Below are positions 34,130 to 48,100 of a DNA stretch of 64,000 nt, in pieces. The translations under genes and the position numbers were made by a program. A model generated the notes under the pieces. The model did not search any database. It worked only from the letters and a program-made list of their open reading frames with translations, and was not told the DNA's origin. This DNA comes from Hemiscyllium ocellatum (Eukaryota): contig NC_083409.1 in assembly GCF_020745735.1 (NCBI RefSeq), forward strand, positions 15,905,873 through 15,969,872, written 5' to 3'. Each line of letters opens with the position of its first letter. Position 1 is the first letter of the stretch.

Positions 34130-36240
34130 AAATGGCCGCGCAAGGCTCTCAGTTTTATCAATTGTGACAATGTTTCAACAAAGAAATGAGACCGGACGGA
34201 CCACAGGCATCGATCTAGACACCGAAAAGACAATGACAGAAACAGTCCTGTCTACCCTGCTCTGTCCTCCTTACTGACATTTGGGAGTTAGTGCCAAATT
34301 CAGGAAAGCTGTCTCACAGACTAGTCAAGCAACAGCCTGACACTGTCATACTCACAGAACCATACAGACAATGTCCCAGACACTACCATCACTGTCCCTG
34401 CATGTGTCCTGTCCCACCAGAAAGGCAGACCCAGCAGAGCTGATGACACAGTGGTCTACAGCCAGAAGGGAGTTACCCTGGGAAATCTCAAAGCTGGCTC
34501 TGGACCTCATGACACCAGGTTAAACATGGGCGAGGAAACCTCCTGGTGATTACAAGATATCTTGCTCCCTCGGCTGATGAATCAGTCTCTCCTGGGTGTT
34601 GAACAACATTTGGAGGAAGCACTGAGGGTGATGACAGCAGAGAGTGTACTCTGGGTGGGGGGTTTCAATGTCCACCACTGAGAGTGGCTCGGCAGCAGCA
34701 TTACTGATCGAGCTGGTTGGTTCCTCATGGATGTAGCTGAGGGACTGGCTCTGCAGCTGGAACCAAAAGATGGAAAAAGATGCTTGACCCCATCCTCACC
34801 AATCTTGTGGCTGTAGATGCATCTGTCCTTGACAGTGTTGGTAAGAGTGACCATCACACAGTCCTTGTGGAAACAAAGTCTGACCTTCACATTGAGAATC
34901 CCCTCCATTGTGTTTTGTGGTACTATCACCGTACTAAATAGGACAGACTCCAAACAGATATTGCAACTCAAGGCAAACTCGTAAATGGGGATGATTGCCA
35001 AAGATTGCATAATGCTCAGCACTCTTCTCAACTCCTCAGATACTGAAGCAGTCCACGTGCAAATGCAACAATATCTGGACAATATCCAGGTTTTGTCTGA
35101 GAAGTGACATTTCCCATTGGTGCCATGCAAATGCCAGCCAATCACCATCACCAATAAGAGACAAACTTAACATCGCCCCTTGACAATCAATGCTATTACC
35201 ATCACTGAATCCCCACGATCAACATTCTTGAGGTGCCATTGACCAGAAACACAACTGGATTCACCAAAGAAACACAGTGGTTACAAGAGCAAGTTAGAGG
35301 CTAGGAATACTGCATCCAGTAATTCAACTCCTGATCCCCCAAAGCCTGTCAACCAAGTCAGGAGTGTGAGCAAATACTCCCCACTTGCCTGGACAGGTGC
35401 AGCTCCAACAACATTCACAGAGTCATACAGCACAGGAACAAACCCTTAAGCCAAACTTCTACATGCTGACCAGGTTTTCTGAAGTGAACTCATCTTATTT
35501 GCCTGCATTTCACACATATCCCTTGAAACCTTTCCTATCTATGTCGATTGTATCCTATGTCTTTCTTATCCACTCAAAAAGCTTGATACCATCCAGAGCA
35601 AAGCAAACTCCTTGATTGGCATCGCATTCTCAAAGCATCCAAACTCACCGTCACTGACGCTCCATAGCAGCAGTGTGTATTATCGATAAGATGCACTGCA
35701 GAAATTCATCACCGATCTTCAGATAGCACCTTCCAAACCCATGGACAAAAATAGAAATTGCAGGAAAAGCTCAGCAGGTCTGGCAGCATCTTGGAGAGAA
35801 ATCAGAATTAACATTTCAGGTTGAGCATGAAATATTAACTCTGATTTCTCTTCACAGATGCTGCCAGACCTGCTGAGCTTTTCCAGCACTTTCTATTTTT
35901 GTCTCAGATTTACAGCATCTGCAGTTCTTTTGGTTTCCCTCCAAACCCACGTTCACTTCCATTTAGAACAAGAGCAGCAGATACATGGGAACACTGTGAG
36001 CTGCAAGTTCCCCTCAAAAAAGCTTAGCATCCGGACTTGGAAATATGTCGCTGATCCCTCAGACTTGCTGGGTTAAAATGCTGGCATTCTCTCCCCAACA
36101 GCATTGTGGGTCAACTTACGTCTTGTGGACTATAGTCAAAAAGTCAGGTTCCCACCACCTACTCCAGGGCAACTAGGGACAGGGTAAAAAATGTTGGCCC
36201 AGCCGGTGAAGCCCACTTCCCACAAGTGAATATGCAAAAC
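34130..36240 (+). mobile_element. Decayed LINE (CR1/L2-group) with endonuclease remnant and 3' end
   Basis: WVGGFNVHH, SVGKSDHHTV-like endonuclease remnants. Same family at about 6385-6510, 56990-57520 and, reversed, 19990-20310. Confidence 0.65.
35742..35939. mobile_element. Snap-back insertion of the same Penelope-derived class, hammerhead cores deleted
   Basis: Inverted arms about 35746-35815 and 35832-35901; TSD TCCAAACCCA (35732-35741 and 35940-35949). Confidence 0.7.
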
Positions 36241-36504
36241 CAAATGAAGTGTCCCTCAGGAGGGGAGAGGGAATGTTCAGGGTCCTGAACTCCATTTCCC
36301 AGCCCAGGCAGTTTGTCTCCCAATGAATGAATGAGATGCCAATTTGAAGCCCAGGTTCAGGGCAGTCTCACTCTGTGGACATGAGGTCTATAAGAGAGAA
36401 TTGGAGATTGAGCTGTAAAGGAAAGATTTGCTGGGTTATGGGGAGAGAGAGGGGAGCAGTGGGATTCACTGGGTCATTCAAAGGCATGATGGGCTGAATG
36501 GCCT

Positions 36505-36765
36505 CCTCCTGTGCTGTCAGATTCCAGGGAGTGCAGACAGTTTACAGTTTTCTCCCATCTCAGTAACAAACACCCAGCTGCTCCGAGCTCTTTCTTTCAC
36601 TTCCTCTCTTGATGAAGTTTCAACCTTGTGCTCTGACAGTCTTTGCATTTATTTTTTACACTGGGGCTTTCTGCTGTGGTCAGAAACTCTAATAATAAGT
36701 GTCCAATCAGTGACAATCACAGCAGCTAAGAGCAGTCAGGACTGAGGAGCCAGGCTCACTGGGAA
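36505..36765 (-). promoter_or_regulatory. Candidate B-cell enhancer copy 1 (EICE + E-box + Runx)
   Basis: GAGGAAGTGAAA on the minus strand at 36595-36606, CAGCTG 36575-36580, TGTGGT 36675-36680. Inverted paralog at 56565-56828. Confidence 0.6.
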
Positions 36766-37989
36766 ACACATTGGGAAGATCAAAGCCATCCTCTTCAGCT
36801 CCTGGTACAAGCTCCATCCCTCTCCCTGAGCACTGTCTGCTGCTCAACCAGACTCTTTACAACTTTGGCCTCATCTTTGGGGCTGATTTGAGGCCCAAAT
36901 CCTCCACATCACAATTATCAGCCACTGAAAATCTCAACCATGTTTTTGTGACCATTCCAATGATATCCAGGCCCACATCACAGCCACTGACTTCCGTAAA
37001 CATCAGCTCATCCCAAACTCTGCTGTCTGTTTTCAAACTCACACCAAGTCCACCCCATACCCCTGCCCAAACCTCCCCACCCCACCATGACCACCACAAT
37101 CCTCACTGACTGACATAAGCTCCTGGTCCAGCAACACCTCGATTTTTAAATTCTCATCCTTGTTCTCAATCTGCTCCCTGTTCTTCCACCCTCCCTATCT
37201 CTGTGACCTCCTCCAAGCTGCCTCACTCAGTGTGATCAATAATCTTGGATATATGGCTCTCTGTTTCTTCATCCAAATCATTGAGAAATATCGTGAAAAG
37301 CTGAGGTCCCAGCACAGATCCCTGGGAATAACACTACTCACATCTGTCTCATTGGAACACACGCACATTATCCTTCCTCTCTGTCTCCTAGACAGACCCA
37401 TTCCTGACCCAAGGTAAATGCATTTCTCAAATTCCAATCAATTCCATGATTAGGAGATGCCGGTGTTGGACTGTTATGTAAATGTTAAAAATCACACAAC
37501 ACCAGGTTCTAATGCAACAGGTTTGTTTGGAAGTATTAGCGTTTGGAGCACTGCTCCTTCATCAGATGGTTGTGGAGTGTAAGATCTGAACCAATGCTTC
37601 TTTTGTGGAACATACTTAAATGTTTTTTGGAAGTCCCGATAGACAATAGCCATCGACATTCCCTTATATCCCAAACTAATGAGCTCCTAACAAAGTGTAA
37701 TCCGGTTATTTAAAGATGTCTGAACCTTTGTCAATCCAGGCTGTCTCTCTCGGACCAGTTCATATTTGTCCGTTATTCTGCCTTTAAAAACAGACTCAAT
37801 CACTTCCTGACAACAGACATTCAATGGAGATGTTCATTGTAATTGAGGCTCGTAAACAGCTAGCACTGACACGAGGAGCTGAACAGCCTCCTCCTGTGCT
37901 GGCATCTTCTCTGTCTCCTTGACGGAAATATTTTACAGATTAAAAACTAAAGACCAGCAGCAAATTTTAAAATATAAATTAAAATCTCC

Positions 37990-40900
37990 TCAAATAATTC
38001 CCACATACAGGGCCGGGCGATGTGTAGTAATTGTACGATGGGGATGCTGGTGGAGCCCATTGTAGCTCAGAGTGACCACATCTACAGCAAGTGTTGGTTG
38101 CTCAAGACACTCCAGCTCAGAGTTGATGAGCTGGAATCTGAGCTTCAAACACTGCGACACATCAGGGAGGGGGAGAGTTACCTGGACACTGTGTTTGGGG
38201 AGACAGTCACACCTTGTAGGTTAAATACTTCAAATTATGGCCAGTGGTCAGGGACAGGAGGGTGTGACCAAAAGTGAACAGGCCGATGCAGCCTGGATTT
38301 AGCCTTACAGGTGCCTCAGCTCCTTGTCCAACAGGAATGAGGTACTTGCTCCCTGTGTCAATGAGGAAAAGGATTGTCGGGAGAATGGGCAAATGTAGTT
38401 TGAGGATTTTGGTGATAGTGACCATAACTCTGTAAGTTTCAAAGTCATTATATAAAAAGATAAAGATAGGGCAGAAATTATAATGTCTAAACTGGGGAAA
38501 ATGTAGGGATGTGTAGGTTAGGTGCATTAGCCATGGGAGATGCAGATTTACAGGGATAAGGTAGGGAGACAAGTCTGGGTGGGATGCTCTTCAGAATGTT
38601 GGTGTGGACTCATTGGTCTGAATGGCCTGTTTCACGCTGTATGGATTCTATAATTCGATGACTCCTAAGGGCAGTCATTGCTGGCTTGGCCAGAGATGTC
38701 CATTTCCTATGAATGAATGAAGGAAACCACTGCACCATGGTCCAGGAGACCACTCAGATTGGGGGAGCATAAAGAAAAGAGGGGTCTTGATAATGAGGGG
38801 AACTGATAGCATCCTTTGTGAGCAGGATTGAGAGCCCCACTTGGTGTGTTTCCTGCCTGGTTTCAAGGTAAGGGCATCTCGAGCCGGCTTTTAAGTATAA
38901 CAGACTTGGGGGGGGGGGGTTGAGGATCCAGTTGTTGTTGTCTGTGTTGGGACCAACAACATCAACAAAAATCGGCAAAAGGCCCTATTTGGACAATATC
39001 AGGAAAGCTATCAGAAGGATATTGATTAGACAGATGGAGAGAAATAAGAAAGAGGTGAATACAGCATCAGTGCTGAGGAACAGATTCCAGTGAATGGACC
39101 AAATAAGAGTTCTATATCCGAATGCATGAAGCGTAAGGAATAAATACAATAATCTGCAGGCACAAATTCAAATTTAAGATTGTGGTATCGGATCAATTAC
39201 TGAGCCATAGTTGCAGAATCATTCAGATTGGGAACGATATCTATCGGGTTAGAAGGTTCACAGGATGGATATAGGGAAATGGCAGAAGAGGTGGAGCAGC
39301 TTTATTGATGAGGAAAAAAATGGCTTCAATGGTGAGGGAGGTCATAATGAGGAGAAAACATTCAGTGGGACTGAGGAGCAGGAAAGGATCGAAAACTGTA
39401 GTAGATGTTGGATACAGACCCCCCTGACAGCAGCTCTGAGGTGCTGGATTATATAAATGGAGGAATTAGACAAGTGTGTAGCAAAGCCAGTGTATTATTA
39501 ATGGGGAAGTTTAACTTTAACTTAGATTGGGAGACAGACAAGCCCTCTGTCAGAAAGGTAGTGAATTGCTGCTGTGTGTCCAGAATAGTTTCCAACAGCA
39601 ATAGGTCCTGGATACAACAAGGGGACAAGCAATATTGGAATTAGTAATGAATAATGAGCCAGATTTAGTTCGTAACTATTTGTGCATGAATATTTATCAA
39701 ATAGTGATCATAACATGATCTAGTTCAGTGTCGCATTTGAAAGTAAAAAGCATGAATCAGCTGCTAGAATTTGAGATTAAGGTAAGGGCCGACTTTAACG
39801 AGATGCGACAGAGACAGTCCACAGTAAACTGGGAAAATCAGCTCATGGGTAAAACAACTGAAGAACAGTGGGGAATACTTAAAGGAACATTCAGCACAAA
39901 ACAAAGCCAGTTTATACCTGAGAGGGAAAAGCGAACAAACAACAATGGTCAATTAAAGAGATAAGGGAAAGAATAAAATGTTTAAAAAAGGCTTACAGAA
40001 AAGCCAAAAAAAGGACAGATTCCGCTGAATGGGAAGGATACAAAAGGGCCTCATATCAGCTTCTAAGAGCTACCAAAAGGGATTCTGAAAGGAAACATGT
40101 AAGGGATAACAAAATCAATAAGGAGAAATGTTACAGTTCCATAAAAGGGAAGCTGGGAGGTCAGGAGCAATGTTGGCCATTAAAGACTGAAAGTGACAAT
40201 GGGGAAATGACAGCCATGTTAAATAAATACTTTACCTCAAGATTTGCAGCAGAAAAGGAAGAGGACTTGCCTGAAGTCCCAAAGGAATTAACAGAGGATC
40301 TGTGTCAGGGACTGATTAGATTCCCTGCAGTGTGCAAACATGCCTTTTGGCCCAACCAGTCCACACCGACCCTCCGAAGAGTAACCCACCCAGACCCATT
40401 TTCCCTCTGACTAATGCACCTAACGCTATGGGCAATTTAGTATGGCCAATTCACCTGACCTGCACATCTTTGGATAGTAGGAGGAAACCCATGCAGACAA
40501 TGTGCAAACTCCACACAGGCAGTTGCCCGAGGCTGGAATTGAACCAGGGACTCTGGTGCTGTGAGGCAGCAGTGCTAACCATTGTGTCACCTAAATAAAG
40601 TTAATGTCAATAGAACATGTGTAATAAGGAAAATAATGGAACTAAAGAGTGACAAATCCTCAGGACCTGAGAGTGATAAAGTAGTCATAGACCACATTGC
40701 AGATACCCTGACTATAATCTTTCAGAGTTACCTGGATTCAGGAGTCGTACTTCTGAATTGGAAAATTGCAAATTTCATTTCACATTTAACAAGAATGTTA
40801 GAGAAAAACCAGGGAATTACAGGTCACGAAGCCAACGTTTGTGGTGTGGAAATTGTTGCTGTCTATAATCAAGGATGGGGGTAACTGAAGACCTTGAAAA

Positions 40901-41330
40901 TGGTCAGTTAATCAGGGAGAATCAACATGGATTCATGACAAGTTGGTCATGGTGAAAAAAACTCATTGAACATTTTTGAAGAGGAAACAAAATTACTGGA
41001 CACAGTAATGTCAATGGATGTTGTTTATAGGCACTTCCAGAAGGCATTTGATAAAATCCCATGTAAGAAACTGTTCAACTCAGTTAGAAATCCACAGAAT
41101 TGAGGCTAAAATACTGCCATACCGAAATTGGTTGACAGGTGACAGAAAATAGGGATCATGGATAAGTGCTGAAATTGGCAGGATGTGACCAGTGGTGTCC
41201 AATAGGAATGTGTGCGCACACCTCAATTATTTACATTATTTATTAATGCATTGGATAATGGCATAGAAAGTCAGATACTCTAGTTTGCTAATGACACAAA
41301 GTTAGACAGCTTTGTAGGTAGTGTTCATAG
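37990..41330 (+). mobile_element. Decayed long CR1-type LINE with nested SINEs
   Basis: CSKCWLL..LQLRVDELESELQTLRHI (ORF1 zinc finger/leucine zipper); APE and RT remnants. Confidence 0.75.
40313..40590 (-). mobile_element. HE1-type V-SINE
   Basis: Reverse complement has the tRNA-like head, V core and (TAATC) tail. Confidence 0.8.
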
Positions 41331-42289
41331 AGTCAGAGAGTCAGCATTCATCCAGTGCAATCTTTAACAGAGTATAATTTATCTTTGACATAGAACTCCT
41401 TGACTCCATCTCTCTCACTCATTCTCTCTCCCCACCCCTCTCTAACTCAGCTGCATAGATCTCACTCTGAGTTCCATTCCTCTTTCTCTGTCCAAGCTCT
41501 ATCCCCCTCTCTCTTAGTGCTCCATCTCTCTCTCTCTCTCTCTGTGTGTCTCTCTCTCTCTGTCCCTGTGCTCCATCTCTTGCTCTCTAAGCCGTATCCC
41601 TCCCTCCATTGCAGCTGCTGGGAGTTCGATCTGAGCCAATGCCAGTGAATCCCATGGAGAATAATGACGGGATATTTGGAGTGTGAGTTTGATGATGTAA
41701 ATGTGAACCATTGCAGCAAAGACATTACAGATGGTTTGTACAGACAGCAAAGCCCAAACCAGAGCATTGTGTCAATCAACACAGACCTAATGAAAGCTTC
41801 AATAAAATAATTATAAATGCGATTCTCAGAGATATCATTATTCTAGTTACAAATGGCTATTTCTCAGTGAAGATCCATCCTGCTGAATATTAGATACAGC
41901 TGGGCTTTGAAGAAATATTGGGCAGATGGAGTGTAATGTGGGGGAGTGTGACCTTGTTCACTTTCACAATAATCATTCAAATGTGACTGGAGAGTTGTTA
42001 AGTCCACAGAGCAAAACTTGCCATTGGGTATAATCCATTAGGTGTGATAAATACAGAAACTCGCTTAGTTCTAGTTATCAGTGAGTTCTTGTCAACATCC
42101 TTTTAACAAATCAATTTTATACAAGAATGACATACAACAAACCCTCTCTATACAACCTTCTCAGCTGGGAATAGGGCATCCCATATGCCTTCTTCACCAC
42201 CCTGTCTAGCTATGCTGATAACTTCCGGGATTGATGGAGTTGTACACCAAGGTCCTTTTGTTCCTCAGTACTCCCAAGGAACATAAGAA

Positions 42290-44080
42290 CATAAGAACTA
42301 GGAGCAGGAGTAGGCCATCTGTCCCTTCAACCCTGCTCTGCCATTCAATAAGATCATGGCTGATCTTTTCATGGACTCAGCTCCACATTAGACCATAAGA
42401 CAAAGGAGTGGAAGTAAGGCCATTTGGCCCATCGAGTCCACTCCGTCATTCAATCATGGGTGATGGGCATTGAAGGACAGTTACCCGCACTCTCCCTGTA
42501 GCCCTTAATTCTGTCCAAGATTAAGAATTTATCAATCTCTGCCTTGAAGACATTTAATATTTCAGCCGCCACTGCGCTCTGTGGCAATGAATTCCAAAGG
42601 CCCATCACTCTCTAGCTGAAGAAATGTCTCCTCAGTTATGTTTTAAACTGACCCCCTCTAACTCTAAGGCTGTGCCCTCGGGTCCTAGTACTCCCACCTA
42701 ATGGAAACAATTTCCCAGCATCCACCCTTTCAAAACCATGCATTATCTTGTAAGTTTCTATTAGATCTCCCCTTCTAAAGTCGAATGAATACAATCCCAA
42801 GATCCTCAGCCATTCATCATATATTAGGATTACCATTCCAGGGCTCACCCATGTGAATCTCCACTGGACACGGTCCAGTGTCAATATGTCCTTCCTGAGG
42901 TGTGGGGCACAAAAGTGGACTAAATGGGGCCTAACCAGAGCTTTATAAAGTCTCAGTAGCACATCTCATTTTACATTCCAACCCTCTTGAGATAAACTGG
43001 AGAAAGTGAGGACTGCAGATGCTGGAGATCAGAGCTGAAAAATGTGTTGCTGGAAAAGTGCAACAGGTCAGGCAGCATCCAAGGAGCAGGAGAATTGATG
43101 TTTCAGGCATAAGCCCTTTTTCATTCCTGCTGCGCATTTTCAGCAACACATTTTTCAGCTCTTGAGATAAATGACAATATTACATTTGCTTTCTTAACCA
43201 CGGATTCAACCTGCAAGTTAACCTTTAGAGAATCCGGGACTAGCATTCCTCGATCACTTTGTACTTTGGCTTTATGTATGTTCTCACCGTTTAGAAAATT
43301 GTCCATGCCTGTAGTCTTTTTTCTGAAGTTCAAGACTTGGCATTTACTCTCACTGTATCTCTTAATTCCTTTATTGTTCAAAAAATCTACTTAGCTTTAA
43401 AACATTTACTGAAGTAGCATCAATTTCTTCATTGAGCAAGGAATTTCATAGATTTATGACCCTCTGGGTAAGAGGTTCCTTCTCAATTCAGTCCTAAATC
43501 TGCTCCCCCTAATTTTGAGGTTAAACCCTCTTGTTTTAGTTCCACCTGCCAGTGAGGACATCCTCTCTACTTCTGTCTTATCTATTCTCTTTATAATTTT
43601 ATTTGTTTCTATAAGATTCCCCTCATTCTTCTAAGTTCCAATGAATATATCCCAGTCTACACAGTCTCCCTTCATAAGCGAAACCCCTCCACCCCAGAAT
43701 CAGCCTGGTGAACTTTCTCTGCATCCCTCCAGTGCCAGTATTGCCTTTTTCAAGTAAGGAGACCATTACTGCATGCAGTACTCCAGGTGTGGTCTCACCA
43801 GCACCCTGTACAGCTGCAACATAATCTTCCCGCTTTTTGAACTCAATCCCTTTAGCAATGAAGGACAAAATTCCATTTGCCTTCCTAATTGCTTGTTTTA
43901 TCTGTAGACCAACCCTCTGTGATTCATGCATAAGGATACTCAAGGTACATGCCTTTCATTGTGTATATCCTTCCCTTATTAGACCTCCCAAGTTGGATCA
44001 CCTCAGAGGTATGAGGATTAAATTACATCTGCCATTGCTCTGCCCAATTTACCAGCTGACCAATATCAGACTGTAGCCTG
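42290..44080 (-). mobile_element. Nested CR1-type 3' fragments
   Basis: LLRLYKALVRPHL and IRKANGILSFIAKGIEFK. Confidence 0.75.
42997..43158. mobile_element. Snap-back Penelope-derived insertion with perfect 13-bp TSD
   Basis: CTCTTGAGATAAA at 42984-42996 and 43159-43171. Confidence 0.8.
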
Positions 44081-44086
44081 AGACCC

Positions 44087-44920
44087 GGTAATCCAAGATG
44101 GCCGCAGAGTCAGACACTTCAGAACGAGTTCATCTGCTCCGTCTGTTTCCTTTTCTTCTTTCTATCCCACTTCTCTTTTCATTTTCTTTTGTGTTTTTCT
44201 TTTGTCCTTCTCCCTAATTTCTTCTCCCGGACTCGGACTCCCAGCCTCAGTTACCAGTCCTCTGACCCAGTGCAGACCTAATGATGTGGCCTCTTGGCTT
44301 GATGTGGCAGTGTCCTGGCCTGGCAAGGAGACCTTCCAGAGCTGAAAATGTGTTGCTGGAAAAGCGCAGCAGGTCAGGCAGCATCCAAGGAGCAGGAGAG
44401 TCGGCGTTTCCGGCATGAGCCCTTCTTCAGGGATACCTTCCAGCCCAACGAGGCAGTCCAACATGATGGCCTCTGTTTGATGTGGTGGCCTCTCAGCCCA
44501 GCGTGATGGTCACTCGGCCTAGTGTAGCGATCTCTGAGTGGCCCAGCGTGGTTCTCTCTCAGCCCACATAGTGGTCCTTTCTGTATATGGTGGTCTCTCC
44601 ACCCGGGAAGGCCTCAGCGTGGACTTCCGGTCTCGAGATGATGACTTAAAGAATAATCTCATGGTAGCTAAGTTCTTAAGAAATGCTGTAATGTTTGAAC
44701 TTTCAGCTTTATTTCTTCATTTTCTACTTAAAACTAAAAAAGATCTGCAACGTGTAACCTTGAACTTTATTCTTTCTTTCTACCTTGTTCTTACGATTCT
44801 GTACTGAGGTCCTTGTACCTAAGATGGCGCCTTGTGAGGTGACGTTACATACTTTTCACTGTACTCCAATACTTTTGCAATCGAGAACACGTGACAATAA
44901 ACTTAAATAAAAATCAAATC
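44087..44920 (+). mobile_element. Unclassified ~830-bp insertion in a CR1, with LINE-like 3' tail
   Basis: Interrupts colinear CR1 sequence; starts near CAAGATGGC and ends ...CACGTGACAATAAAC...ATCAAATCAA. It hosts a hammerhead-type piece at 44340-44434 with TSD ACCTTCCAG. Confidence 0.45.
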
Positions 44921-45134
44921 AATATCAATAACACCACCAATTTATGTGGCCTCTGAAAACTTTCTAATTTTACAATCACAGTCAATTTGTTAATGTACAT
45001 TGCAAACAGCAAGGGTCCCAGCCCCAGTCCCTGTCTTACACCACTGGTCACAGGCTTCCAATCACAAAGACAACCCTCCACCATCACTCTTTGCCTCATA
45101 TTTGGATCCAATTTGCCAAAATGCCGTGGATCCC

Positions 45135-48100
45135 ATGGGCTCTTACCATAACTCCAGGAAAGGCAAGAGAGGTAGGCAAGTAGTCCAGGAGTCTTCTGTG
45201 GTTATTCCCATTTCAAACAAGTATGCTGTTTTGGAAAATGTAGGGGGTGATGGAAACTCAGGGGTACTTAGCATGAGCAGCCAAGTTTCTGGTATTGACA
45301 CTGGCTCTAATGTAATGGGAGGTACGTCGGGTTCCAAACAATCGACTGTGTTAGGGGACTCTCTAGCCCGAGGTACAGACAGACATTTCAGTGGCCAGCA
45401 GTAAAAAATCAGAATGGTGTGTTGCTTCCCTGGTGCCAGGATCAAAGATGTCTCAGGGAGGGTGCAGAATGTTCTTAAGTGGAGAGAGACCAGCAGGAGG
45501 TCATTGTACACTTTGCAACCAATGACATAGTAAAGGAAAAGGTTGAGATTCTGAAGGGAGATTGCAGAGAGCTAGGCAGGAATTAAAAAAGGAGGTCCTC
45601 AAGAGTAGTAATATCTGAATTACTCCTGGTGCTATGAGCTAGTGAGGGCAGGAACAGGAGGATAGAGCAGATGAATGCATGGCTGAGGAGCTGGTGTATG
45701 GGAGAAGGATTCACATTTTTGGATCTTTGGAAGCTGTTTTGAGGTAGAAGTAACCTGTACAAGAAGGACAGATTGCACCTAAATTGGAAGGGGACTAATA
45801 TACTGGCAGGGAGATTTGCTAGAGCTGCTCAGGAGGATTTAAACTAGTAAGGTGGGCGGGTGGGACCCAGGGAGATAGTGAGGAAAGATTTCATCCTCAG
45901 ATTGGTAAAGTTGAGAACAAAGGCAAGTCAAACAGTCAGGGCAGGCGGGGACAAAGCAGAGAACAAGGTAAGACTGATAAATTAAACTGCATTTATTTCA
46001 CTGCAAGAGGCCTAACAGGGAAGGAAGATGAACATGGGGCGTGGTTAGGAACATGGGACTGGGATATCATAGCAATTACAGAAACATGGCTCAGGGATGG
46101 ACAGGACTGACCGTTTAATGTTCTAGGATACAAATGCTACAGGAAGGACAGAAAGGGAGGCACAAGAGGAGGGAGAGTGGCATTTTTGATAAGGGATAGC
46201 ATTACAGCTGTACTTAGGGAGGATATTCCCAGAAATACATCCAGGGAAGTTATTCGGATGGAACTGAGAAAAAAGAAGGGGATGATCACCTTGTTGGGAT
46301 TATAATATAGCTCCCCTCCAGTAGTCAGCGGGAAATTGACAAACAAATTTGTAAGGAGATTTCAGTTATCAGTAAGAATAATGGGGTGGTTATAGGAGGG
46401 GATTTTAACTTTCCAAACATAGACTGTGACTGCTATAGTGTGAAGGGTTTAGATGTAGAGGAATTTGTTAAGTGCGTACAATACAATTTTCTGATTCAGA
46501 ATGTGGATGTACCGACTAGAGACGGTGCAAAGCTCAACCTTGGAAATAAGGCAGGGCAGGTGACTGAGGTGTCAGTGGAGGAGCACTTTTGGTCAGCGAC
46601 CATAATTCTATTCATTTTAAAATAGTGAAGGAAAAGGATAGACCAGATCCAGAAGTTGAAGTTCTAAATTGGAGGAAGGCTAATTTTGCCAGTATTAGGC
46701 AAGAACTCTGAAAAGCTGATTGGGGGCAGTTGCTCGCAGGTCATGGGACAGCTGGAAAATAGGAAGCCTTCAGAAATGAGATAAATTGAGCCCAGAGATA
46801 GTATATTCTAGTTACGGTGAAAGGAAAGGCTGGTAGGTGTAGGGAATATTGGATGATGAGAGAAGTTGAGGGTTTGGTTGAGAAAAAGGATGAAGCATAT
46901 GTCAGGTATAGACAGGATAGATTGAGTGAATCCTTAGATGGATACAAAGGCAGTAGGAGTACACTTAAGATGGAAATCAGGAGGGCAACAACATGAGATA
47001 GCTTTGGCAAATAGGGTTAAGGAGAATACAGAGGGGTTTTATGAATACATTAAGGACAAGAGGGTAACTAAGGAGAGAATAGGGCCCCTCAAAGATCAGC
47101 AAGGCGACCTTTGTGTGGAGCCGCAGGAGATGGGGCAGATACCAAATGAGTATTTTGCTTCACTAACTGTGGAGAAGGATATTGAAGATATAGAATGCAG
47201 GGAAATAGATGGTGATATCTTGAAAAATGTTCATATTACAGATGAGGAGGTGCCAGATGTCTTTGAAATGCATAAATGTGGATAAATCCCCAAGACCTAA
47301 TTAGGTATACCCTAGGACTCTGTCGGAAGCTAGGGAAGTGATTGCTGGGCCTCTTACTGTGATATTTGTATCCTCAATAGTCACAAAAGATGTGCCAGAA
47401 GACTGGAGGTTCACTAATTGGTGCCACTACTTAAGAAAGGTGGTAAGGAAAAGCCAGGGAACTGTAGACCAGTCAGCCAGACGTCAATTGTGAGGAAGTT
47501 ATTGGAAGGAATCCTGAGGGACAGATTGTCCATAAATTTGGAAAGGCAAAGACTGATTAGGGATAGTCAGCATGGTTCTGTGCATGGGAAATCATGTCTC
47601 ACAAACTTGATTGAGTTTTTTGAAGAAGTAACAGAAAGAATTGATGAGGGCAGAACGTTACACTGGATCTGTATGGACTTCAGTAAGACATTCAACAAGG
47701 TTCCCCATGGAAGATTGGTTAGCAAGGTTAGATCTCATGGAATACAGTTAGAACTAGCCATTTGGATACAGAACTGGCTCAAAGGTAGAAGACAGTGGGT
47801 GATGGTGGAGGGTTGTTTTTCAGACGGGACGTCTCTGACCAGTGGAGTGTCATAAGGATTGGTGCTGGGCAACTACTTTTTGTCATTTACATAAATGATT
47901 TGGATGTGAACATAGGAGGTAGAGTTAGTAAGTTTGCAAATGACACCAAAATTGGAGGTGTAGTGGACAGCGAAGAAAGTTACCTCAGATTACACCAGGA
48001 TCTTGATCCGATGGGCCAATGGGCTGAGGAATTGCAGATGGAGTTTAATTTAGATAAATGCAAGGTGCTGCAGTTAGGAAAGCAAATCTTAGCAGGACTT

